A stretch of DNA of 64,000 nt from an uncultured Bacteroidales bacterium. Lineage in GTDB: Bacteria > Bacteroidota > Bacteroidia > Bacteroidales > Muribaculaceae. This document shows, piece after piece, positions 56,072-64,000 of the stretch (the first letter of the stretch is position 1; each line of letters begins with the position of its first letter). The position numbers were made by a program, and so were the translations under genes. The stretch spans positions 35,234 to 99,233 of the forward strand of contig CACYQB010000005.1 in NCBI GenBank assembly GCA_902776435.1, given 5' to 3'. Below the pieces are notes generated by a model. It made no database searches and had not been told where the DNA came from. It saw nothing but the letters and a program-made list of their open reading frames with translations.

Positions 56072-59000
56072 ATGATGAAACGATTACTATTTCGAACAGG
56101 CTTTGCCGTGCTGCTGGTATTTTTATCCAGCATCTCGGCACAAGCAAACGTAACGCTCAACGAGAACAACTTTCCAGACGAAACTTTCAAGAATGCGGTC
56201 TCACAAGCTACTGGTGTACCTGTAAATGGTACGATTACAGACGCACAAATCAGTGCTTTGACCACACTGGACGTACACGACATGGGTATCCAAAGCTTAA
56301 GAGGCTTGGGATATCTTACTGGCCTTATCTACCTGGACATCAGTGGCAACAACAATCTGACCACAGGTGCCGACATCACAGGATTAACGGCGCTCACTAC
56401 TCTCAAGGCCAGCAATTGTAATTTGGTCACCTTAGCGGGAATTACAGGAACAAGCAGTATAACTAATGTCACAGGATCAGGATTTACAATTAGTGCCAAC
56501 AATGCCAATCTAACTTATCTAGACATTTCTAACAACCCTGATTTCTACTCCAGCAGCAATCTTCAATACCTTACAAGGCTGGAAACATTAATACTTACTA
56601 ATTGTACGCATTATGACGGCTGGAGCGCAACGGTAGGAAACGCTTTGACCAAGCTTAAGTATCTAGATGCCAGTCATTGTTATTTAAACTTCGTGTCTTT
56701 ATCCGGTCCTGCCACATTGGAGCACTTTGACGTTAGTTACAACACACGTCTAGCTGGCATTACAACAGCATCTGCAGGCTCTAGCAATCACTATATTAAA
56801 TTAAATTCCAATTGTTCGAATCTTAAATATGTTGATGTCAGTTATTGCACCAACATGGATCGCATTTTCTTGTACTCGGCCACTCATTTAGTGCATCTTA
56901 ATGCCGCAGGCACAAAAATTAAGGGATTTAGTTCGAACCTATCTACGAGTGACGCCACTCAATATTATATAACATTGAGTAACACCCTGGGCAATAACGG
57001 CACTCTGAAATATCTTAATCTTTCAAATTGCAGCAATTTGAATAGTTTTAGAGCACTTGCCAATGCATATCATGTCACATCATTAGATTCGCTGATATTG
57101 ACCAATGACACCGAGTTGGGATGGTCTAATGACGGCATTGAGGCCCAAACCAATATGACATACCTTGACGTGACTCATTGTGCCATCTCGACTGCAGGCC
57201 CTAACTATATCCCCAATTTCGACAACTTAAAGCATTTGGAGACTCTACTTTATGGCGAGAATCCCAATGTAGGTTACTTAAGAATTACTGGCAACAGCAA
57301 CCTGAAGACGCTTGACCTGCATAATAATACGGGGTTGACAATGCTTGCTTTAGACAACTGCGGGCTACCTCGAAATAACCTTAGCATTAACGACACAAAC
57401 TGTCCAGCATTTACGGGCCTCAAACTCAATAATAACGGTTATACTTCAGTTGGCGAAGCAATGAACAACGCTTCTACATGGGGACTAAACAACGTCAAGT
57501 TCTTGTATCTGGAGAAAAATAACTTTGGTGGTGCTTTAACACTTACTAGTAACGAGTGTAATGGTTTGACTGGCTTGGACTTGAGCAACAATAACTTCAC
57601 TAGTTTTGCTGCTCCAAGTCTGCCCGAGAATCTGACAGCCCTCATGATTGGTAAGAACCCGAACATGAAGCGCCTAGAGATGCATCACAATCCTGGCATC
57701 ATAACCATGGCTGCCGATACCGTGATGAGTGATGGCAGTGGATTGTATTTGTTGGGCAATACGGGGTTGACCTATATGGACATCAGCGGCACAGCCGATC
57801 AACCTAACTACTTCCAACGCATTGGTAACAATTTCTCACTTGCCAATGTGCCCATTGACACGCTGAAAGCCAGCCACAACCAGTTCTACACCTTCAGGAA
57901 CCTGTCGGTGGTCAGCACCCGTAACGGATGGGAAGTCTGGAAAAATGGTCAATATGGATGGATTGAATACAATGAGCATTATAGTCCAGCTTCTGATGGC
58001 TATGTTTATGGCTACTGGCCGCCCTCTCCCGCCCAGCCTGACAGCGCATCTCTCGAACAGTTGACCAACCTCAAGTATCTCGACTTGAGTTACTGCAACC
58101 TGAAGGACTCAGTACATCTGCACAAAAACCGCGAACTGCGTTACCTTGACGTGAGCCACAACCGCACCATCGAACGCATCTACGAAAAGCCGGAGCATGA
58201 TAAGGGATGGGATTACCGCAACGCTCCGGACGACGGCACAGCCGATAAACGTTCTTTCCCCGACTACAAGAAATATCTGTGGTTGAAAGATCCTAATTCC
58301 ACTGGTCTTGAGCCCTTTACCGGGGAATATAATGATACTACAGGCCTCTATGACCTAGACCTAGCATACAACAACAAGCTCGAGTACCTAGACATCAGTT
58401 ATACTGGCATTGAGCAAACAGCAGCACAGCATTGTTATGTCGCCAACGCTCGTTACGTGTGGATTCAGGACCTCCCCAACTTGAAGTATCTCTACGCTGA
58501 TTACAATGGTATGCGCTCGATGGGTATCGGAACTAAGAACGGCAGATTCTATCAGGAAGGCCTTAAATCCCTTGAACGATTATCTGTCATTGGCATGCGA
58601 GGCACTGACAACAAGACCATGAAAGGCTCCATCAATTTCAGATCACCGGATGATCCTGTTAGTCCTTCACCCTGCGTGAATCTGCATTACATCAATGCCT
58701 CCTATGCCAATTTTGACTCCATCGGCATCTACAACCCCACCGTAGACACTATAATCATCAAGGGCAATCCGTTGCATTATGTGAATGTTCAGTCATTACC
58801 ACTCATCACCTATGTTGATGCCCGAGAGTGTGCCTTCAAGATGCGTGGTTATGACGTTGAAACCGAAAGGACCTATCCGCCTGATGTCGATGTGTACAAA
58901 AATGGCGCACGCAATGGTGGATGGTACAACGATGCTAACACCAATGACTTCCCAAATAATGATCCTAATAACTATAAGGTTAAGTCCCCGTTTAGCGGAC

Positions 59001-60493
59001 TACGTGGCGTGATGGCCTACGACCGTCCTGAACTGACCACGTTACTGCTTGACAACTGCAACGCATTGACCAATGTATATGCTCACCATAATCCCAAATT
59101 GACTAAGATTAACGGTTTTGATAATCTGGCTTATCCCAAACCCGAAGTTGATGCCACGTTCGGCTATGATCTCGTGGATGCCGACTCACTGACACTGGTC
59201 TATGTCAATGACAACAAGGTGTTTAATAACTTGGATCTGACCCACAATGTAAACTTGAAGTACCTGCATGCCTATAATGACAGCACATTAGGCACTACCC
59301 TGGGCGGTACTGGTATGGACTTAACCGCCAACAAGAACCTGGTTAGTGCTTGGGTATCTAACTCACGTCTGGAAAGATTTGTCAATGACGCGGGCCAACA
59401 TCTTGACACTCTGAAGATTTGGCAGAATCCCGAACTGGATTATCTGGATGTGAGTGACAATGGCAACCTCAGGTACTTCGACCTGCGTAACTGCATGATC
59501 AGGACGTTGAATCTTGATAATAACAAGAAACTCACCTACTTTGACTGCAGCAACAGGGACAGCATCTGGACTAATTACGAACATTTCACATTCAACATGC
59601 CTGGCAGTGTGCCTACTGTCATCGATGACCCAGGCAAGAACAGTATCGCTGACTTGCACTTCAAGAGCGATAGCTTGAGGGTTGTTCATGCCGACAACAA
59701 TGACCTGTATTGCATGGACGGTTTGAGCACCAACCACAAACTATACAAACTGACCTATAGTTATAACCATATCAACGCTATTGACTTGAGCGGATGCGAT
59801 AGCCTTGTGAATGATAACTATTATAACTGCTATCACAATGTGAGAGGTCTGATTCCAGGTGAGCTATCGTCATGGAAAACGACAGTGAACAACGTGACAA
59901 CAGAGCATAATCTATACTACTTCCAGCTTGAAGAGGACGCTGGAGACGGTTTGAATGGCCATAACACGTTCTTAGGCATCAAGTGTGGACAAGACTCGTT
60001 GTTGTCCGATCAAACTTCAGGCTACGAACGGCAGCTTGCTGCTGACGGATTTGATCCAAACAAAGTTTTGGTATTCACCACGAATGCATCCGGTCCGCAC
60101 CACGGCTCCAGGACTCCCGCGTCAGGAGCGCCCATGAGGGTTAATGTTGATCCAAGTGAGCAACTTGATCCAGATTCGTTCTATGGCACTATCGCCATCC
60201 TCGACAAGTATGATCTCGTGCGTAACTATATCGAGTATATTTACGATGACCAACGTCCCAGCCATCGAAATCGAGACGGAGGCGGTTCGGCATTCGGTAT
60301 CGCATGGAATCCACCCGGCATACCGACCGTCGTTGATGAAACAGCGGCCGATGACTTGGGCGAACTCACTGTCGTGAGCGAGCGTTACTTTGACGCTGCC
60401 GGCGCCGAGCACAGTGAGCCCGTAAGCGGCGTGAACATCATCGTGCGCCAGATGAGTGACGGTTCGACCGAGACCGTTAAGGTCATCAAGTGA
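56072..60493 (+). CDS. 1473-aa secreted internalin-like leucine-rich-repeat protein with T9SS-type C-terminal domain
   Basis: Signal peptide; LNENNFPDETF cap; many LKYLDxSxN/C repeats; tail VVSERYFDAAG...PVSGVNIIVRQMSDGSTETVKVIK. Confidence 0.85.
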   Translation: MMKRLLFRTGFAVLLVFLSSISAQANVTLNENNFPDETFKNAVSQATGVPVNGTITDAQISALTTLDVHDMGIQSLRGLGYLTGLIYLDISGNNNLTTGADITGLTALTTLKASNCNLVTLAGITGTSSITNVTGSGFTISANNANLTYLDISNNPDFYSSSNLQYLTRLETLILTNCTHYDGWSATVGNALTKLKYLDASHCYLNFVSLSGPATLEHFDVSYNTRLAGITTASAGSSNHYIKLNSNCSNLKYVDVSYCTNMDRIFLYSATHLVHLNAAGTKIKGFSSNLSTSDATQYYITLSNTLGNNGTLKYLNLSNCSNLNSFRALANAYHVTSLDSLILTNDTELGWSNDGIEAQTNMTYLDVTHCAISTAGPNYIPNFDNLKHLETLLYGENPNVGYLRITGNSNLKTLDLHNNTGLTMLALDNCGLPRNNLSINDTNCPAFTGLKLNNNGYTSVGEAMNNASTWGLNNVKFLYLEKNNFGGALTLTSNECNGLTGLDLSNNNFTSFAAPSLPENLTALMIGKNPNMKRLEMHHNPGIITMAADTVMSDGSGLYLLGNTGLTYMDISGTADQPNYFQRIGNNFSLANVPIDTLKASHNQFYTFRNLSVVSTRNGWEVWKNGQYGWIEYNEHYSPASDGYVYGYWPPSPAQPDSASLEQLTNLKYLDLSYCNLKDSVHLHKNRELRYLDVSHNRTIERIYEKPEHDKGWDYRNAPDDGTADKRSFPDYKKYLWLKDPNSTGLEPFTGEYNDTTGLYDLDLAYNNKLEYLDISYTGIEQTAAQHCYVANARYVWIQDLPNLKYLYADYNGMRSMGIGTKNGRFYQEGLKSLERLSVIGMRGTDNKTMKGSINFRSPDDPVSPSPCVNLHYINASYANFDSIGIYNPTVDTIIIKGNPLHYVNVQSLPLITYVDARECAFKMRGYDVETERTYPPDVDVYKNGARNGGWYNDANTNDFPNNDPNNYKVKSPFSGLRGVMAYDRPELTTLLLDNCNALTNVYAHHNPKLTKINGFDNLAYPKPEVDATFGYDLVDADSLTLVYVNDNKVFNNLDLTHNVNLKYLHAYNDSTLGTTLGGTGMDLTANKNLVSAWVSNSRLERFVNDAGQHLDTLKIWQNPELDYLDVSDNGNLRYFDLRNCMIRTLNLDNNKKLTYFDCSNRDSIWTNYEHFTFNMPGSVPTVIDDPGKNSIADLHFKSDSLRVVHADNNDLYCMDGLSTNHKLYKLTYSYNHINAIDLSGCDSLVNDNYYNCYHNVRGLIPGELSSWKTTVNNVTTEHNLYYFQLEEDAGDGLNGHNTFLGIKCGQDSLLSDQTSGYERQLAADGFDPNKVLVFTTNASGPHHGSRTPASGAPMRVNVDPSEQLDPDSFYGTIAILDKYDLVRNYIEYIYDDQRPSHRNRDGGGSAFGIAWNPPGIPTVVDETAADDLGELTVVSERYFDAAGAEHSEPVSGVNIIVRQMSDGSTETVKVIK

Positions 60494-60518
60494 CCCACTT
60501 GACGCTGCAACTAAGCTA

Positions 60519-60557
60519 ACAGGGATGCCTCAATCGTGGGCATCCCTGTGTTTTTTT
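60519..60557 (+). terminator. Intrinsic terminator after the LRR gene
   Basis: acagggatgcc / ggcatccctgt stem followed by a T7 tract. Confidence 0.85.
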
Positions 60558-60577
60558 GCAGATTTAAGAATCGTAGA

Positions 60578-62008
60578 TTAGTCGAAAGAGCGGCCGCCCA
60601 GGGGAACGGAGATGCCGACAAGGGCATTGCAACACTTGGTGTTCTTACCCATATACAAATAATCGGTACCGATAAAGAGAGGTCCCAACTTCATCGCCAA
60701 GCCAATGGATTGTCCACTACACAAGATGGGTGAATAGCTCAAGGTGAAGTCCAACAGACTCCTGGGATGATAATTAAAAGAAAAAGTGAGCTCACTCTGA
60801 TTCTCAGGCTTAGAGAAACGATTTGTAAATAAGGCACCAATGTGCATCCTGTTTTCCATCAGTCGGCACTCGGCACCCAAGGCCATAGTTGAAGTGATAT
60901 TAGTGGTCCTGGCCTTTGCCTCCTGCTCATCGATATACAAGCGCATCATGTCCAAGTTGAGCGCCTTTCCAGTCGCCACAACATCGGTGAAGCGCATGAG
61001 GTCACCGGGATTATTACTGTCATAATTGAGGTCTGAGGTGTTCGAGTAGGCCCTGACGGTGTTGCCCTTGCTCCATCTGATAAAACCCAAATCAGTTACT
61101 GCTGCCGACAACGAAAACATGTCGTTGGGACTATACTCAAGACCCAAATCCATCGCAGCACCCAGTCCGCAAACTCCCATTTTGCCAGCCTTGAACTCCA
61201 CATCATCAATATAGCCGTCACGGCTGAGTTTGTAGTTCAAGCCATGAGCTGAACTTTCGAGGGTAGCCTTGACATCGACCGATGCCGAGCCAGTCGCCTT
61301 GGCTAACATGATGGGATCAGCAGTCGTCCAATCCAAATCAGGGTCCAGTCCCTCAAGGTTGGTCTTAATCACTGCTTTTTCCATCTTGAGGCTCACGTTG
61401 CCGTGCCCCAGGAGGCCCTTGATACGTCCACCCAGTGAGACATGGTCGTTGATGACGCGAGTGTATCCAAAGCCCAATTCGGTGTACACATTCACATTCA
61501 GGTCTCCGCCATTGATATCGCGCAGGTAGTTGGAATAGTCATTATGGTTCATGCCCTTCATGTCGCGCATAAAGGAGAACATCTCACGGGGAACACTGAG
61601 GTTGCCATCAGCTTTAACCGTCATGTTTAACGACATGAAACCCTTGCCGTGCCAGAAACCCGCCGCAATCACATCAGTGGCTGCTGTAGCACTCGCATGG
61701 TTCATGTCCTTGAGCTTTCCGTAAAACTTATCAGTTGTGAAATAGTCGGCATCATCGGAATTCTTAATGATGTCAACCACATCGTTCAAGCCCATAGTAT
61801 TGGAACGAACAGAGGCTTCGGTGTGGCCGATGACAGGGAGATTGATATAGCCCCTTTCTGGGGCAAGGGCCGGGTTAAGCTGCAAGCGGTATTGCGCCCC
61901 CTCCATGAAATAGGTCGAGCGCACTGACTGGGCATTGCCCATGGCGGCGGCAAGCACCAACAGGGCAACAATCGCGGCACGCATGCATGCCGGGCGTAAT
62001 CGTTTCAT
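60578..62008 (-). CDS. DUF5723-like outer-membrane beta-barrel protein
   Basis: Signal peptide; QSVRSTYFM..QLNPALAP; alternating beta-strand pattern; GALFTNRF, GPLFIGTDY; start moved to MKRLR. Confidence 0.7.
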   Translation of the reverse strand: MKRLRPACMRAAIVALLVLAAAMGNAQSVRSTYFMEGAQYRLQLNPALAPERGYINLPVIGHTEASVRSNTMGLNDVVDIIKNSDDADYFTTDKFYGKLKDMNHASATAATDVIAAGFWHGKGFMSLNMTVKADGNLSVPREMFSFMRDMKGMNHNDYSNYLRDINGGDLNVNVYTELGFGYTRVINDHVSLGGRIKGLLGHGNVSLKMEKAVIKTNLEGLDPDLDWTTADPIMLAKATGSASVDVKATLESSAHGLNYKLSRDGYIDDVEFKAGKMGVCGLGAAMDLGLEYSPNDMFSLSAAVTDLGFIRWSKGNTVRAYSNTSDLNYDSNNPGDLMRFTDVVATGKALNLDMMRLYIDEQEAKARTTNITSTMALGAECRLMENRMHIGALFTNRFSKPENQSELTFSFNYHPRSLLDFTLSYSPILCSGQSIGLAMKLGPLFIGTDYLYMGKNTKCCNALVGISVPLGGRSFD

Positions 62009-62191
62009 CGTAAAACAGTATTCAATAAAAAAACAACATCTAATGCACATTAACAGGTTACTTGTGATGCCGAGAAGAGCACCACTGTAACAGTCGGCAA
62101 ATATATATAATTTTTTTCAATTGAGACACAGATAGTCACACAATTAACTATAGAGCGCCACGTTGATATTGCATGAGAACAAAAAAAAGTG

Positions 62192-62199
62192 TAACTTTG
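62192..62199 (+). promoter_or_regulatory. Bacteroidetes -7 promoter element (TAACTTTG) for pdxA
   Basis: TAnnTTTG 35 nt upstream of ATG 62235. Confidence 0.6.
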
Positions 62200-62234
62200 C
62201 AGTTTGAATTGAATTTTCTAAAACTGAATTTATC

Positions 62235-63335
62235 ATGAGCCAACAAAATAAGAAATTAAGGGTGGGCATCACTATCGGTGACACCAACGGAATCGGAATC
62301 GAGGTAACAATGAAGGCCGTTGGCGTGCCTGAAATGATAGACATGTGCACGCCGGTCATTTATGGTTCCAGCAAGGTGGTAAGCTATCACCGGAACGCCT
62401 GCAACCTACCCGGTTTCCAAATCAACCACACCAAGAGCGCTGAACACCTGAAAGATAACATGCCCAACCTGGTGGAATGCATCGAGCAGGAAATCAAGGT
62501 CGAGTTAGGTCAGCCCAGCAAGCAGGCTGGTCAGGCTGCGTTCATTGCCCTTGAGGCCGCTGTCCGGGATCTCAAGGCTGGCCTTATCGATGTGCTGGTC
62601 ACCGCCCCCATCAGCAAGGACAATATCCAGAGTGAGCAGTTCAAGTTCCCTGGCCACACCGAGTATCTTGAGAGTGCGGCTGGCGAAGGCGAGAAAGCCC
62701 TCATGCTCATGTGCACCGAGAATCTGCGCATCGCATTGGTAACCGCCCACTTGCCCCTGTCCCAAGTGCCTGCAGCCTTGACGATTGAAGGTATCCGAGA
62801 GAAACTGCACCAGCTCAACATGTCGCTGAAACGCGACTTCAACATAGATGGTCCCCGCATTGCCGTGCTGTCGCTCAACCCCCATGCGGGCGAAAACGGT
62901 ATCCTCGGTTCCGAGGAGCGCGACATCATCCAGCCCGCCATCCAGCAGTCACTCGAAGAGGATGGCGTGCAGTGCTTCGGCCCCTATGCAGCTGACGGTT
63001 TCTTCGGTGCCCGTCACTACAGGCGTTTTGACGGTGTGCTCGCGATGTACCATGACCAGGGCCTTGCCCCGTTCAAGACCATCGCCATGGACGAGGGCGT
63101 GAATTTCACAGCAGGCCTCCCCATCGTGCGCACCAGTCCCGACCACGGCACCGGCTATGACATTGCGGGCCAAGGCATTGCTAACGAGTCCTCGATGCGC
63201 CATGCCATCTATACTGCGATTGACGTTTGGCGCAACCGCATGCGCTATGACGAGTCCATCAAGAACCCACTGCCCAAGCTGTTCCAGGACCGTGGCCGCG
63301 ACAACGTGAAACTCGACCTGACCAAGGGAGAATAA
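62235..63335 (+). CDS. pdxA: 4-hydroxythreonine-4-phosphate dehydrogenase
   Basis: ITIGDTNGIGIE, VTAPISK, FPGHTEYL, LNPHAGE, MYHDQGL, RTSPDHGT. Confidence 0.95.
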   Translation: MSQQNKKLRVGITIGDTNGIGIEVTMKAVGVPEMIDMCTPVIYGSSKVVSYHRNACNLPGFQINHTKSAEHLKDNMPNLVECIEQEIKVELGQPSKQAGQAAFIALEAAVRDLKAGLIDVLVTAPISKDNIQSEQFKFPGHTEYLESAAGEGEKALMLMCTENLRIALVTAHLPLSQVPAALTIEGIREKLHQLNMSLKRDFNIDGPRIAVLSLNPHAGENGILGSEERDIIQPAIQQSLEEDGVQCFGPYAADGFFGARHYRRFDGVLAMYHDQGLAPFKTIAMDEGVNFTAGLPIVRTSPDHGTGYDIAGQGIANESSMRHAIYTAIDVWRNRMRYDESIKNPLPKLFQDRGRDNVKLDLTKGE

Positions 63336-63400
63336 GTCTGCGTTGAAAAAGCATGCTCAAGCGTATCTCTTGACAAAAGACAAACTATAAACACTCAACA

Positions 63401-64000
63401 ATGATAAAGGGAATCATCTTTGATTACGGGGGCACACTCGACAGCCGTGGTGTGCACTGGAGCGAAGTGCTGTGGCAAGGTTACCAGCAAGCCGGAGTAC
63501 CCATAGACAAGGAGACGTTCCGTAATGCCTATGTCGAGGGCGAACGTGCCCTAGCACGCGAACGCATTATCCTGCCGCAGGACAATTTCCACACCCTGTT
63601 ACGCAAAAAGGTGGCGCTTGAAATCAGCTACCTGCCAGTGCAGCCCGATGAAACCACGTGCGAACGATGGGTGGACGAGATTGCCACCTATTGTGACAAC
63701 GCCGCCCACTCGTGCATTGACGAAGCCCGCCCTATGCTAGAAACACTGCATGAGCGTTTCCCGATGATGCTTGTGAGCAACTTCTATGGCAACATCGACG
63801 AGGTGTTGCGCGATTACGGTATCAGGCATCTGTTTAAGGGCATCATCGAGAGCGCTGTGGTGGGAGTCCGCAAACCCAACCCTACCCTATTCCGCCTGGG
63901 TGTTGATGCACTGGAGCTTGAACCGCATGAGGTACTTGTCGTTGGTGACAGCCTGCGCAAGGACATAGAGCCGGCCGAGAAGTTGGGATGCCATGTCCTA
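63401..64000 (+). CDS. HAD-superfamily hydrolase; runs off the window end
   Basis: Not in the ORF track; manual translation MIKGIIFDYGGTLD...VSNFYG...RKPNP...VVGDSLRKDI. Confidence 0.9.
   Translation, partial: MIKGIIFDYGGTLDSRGVHWSEVLWQGYQQAGVPIDKETFRNAYVEGERALARERIILPQDNFHTLLRKKVALEISYLPVQPDETTCERWVDEIATYCDNAAHSCIDEARPMLETLHERFPMMLVSNFYGNIDEVLRDYGIRHLFKGIIESAVVGVRKPNPTLFRLGVDALELEPHEVLVVGDSLRKDIEPAEKLGCHVL

Overview
A 64 kb chromosomal window from a Bacteroidales bacterium. The lineage is inferred from TAnnTTTG promoters, T9SS-type C-termini and a bS22-HU-rng block; a rumen or gut Muribaculaceae-like organism is plausible but unproven. It has three parts. (1) Housekeeping genes: recG, ispD, lpxH, DUF59, HU, bS22, rng, rocD-pruA, rlmN, rpiB, valS, marC, pdxA. 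(2) Secreted proteins: four carry dockerin-like EF-hand modules (a beta-helix enzyme missed by the ORF track, two tandem endonuclease I paralogs and a BspA/DUF285 LRR protein), and a 1473-aa LRR protein has a T9SS-type tail. (3) A ~26 kb minus-strand surface-polysaccharide locus (29426-55342) with Wzy, ten glycosyltransferases, a pyruvyltransferase, two acyltransferase-3 genes and three unusual tailoring modules: FkbH-ACP-VOC-acyltransferase; ACP-FabH-SDR-MBL with DegT and a doubly fused LbH acyltransferase; and a BcbF/E/G (KfoI/E/H)-like phosphatase-kinase-nucleotidyltransferase trio. Non-coding features include a highly structured ~270-nt leader before rng and several families of intergenic 7-mer tandem repeats. 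No CRISPR array, rRNA, tRNA, transposase or integrase was recognised. All assignments come from reading motifs by eye; no database searches were run.
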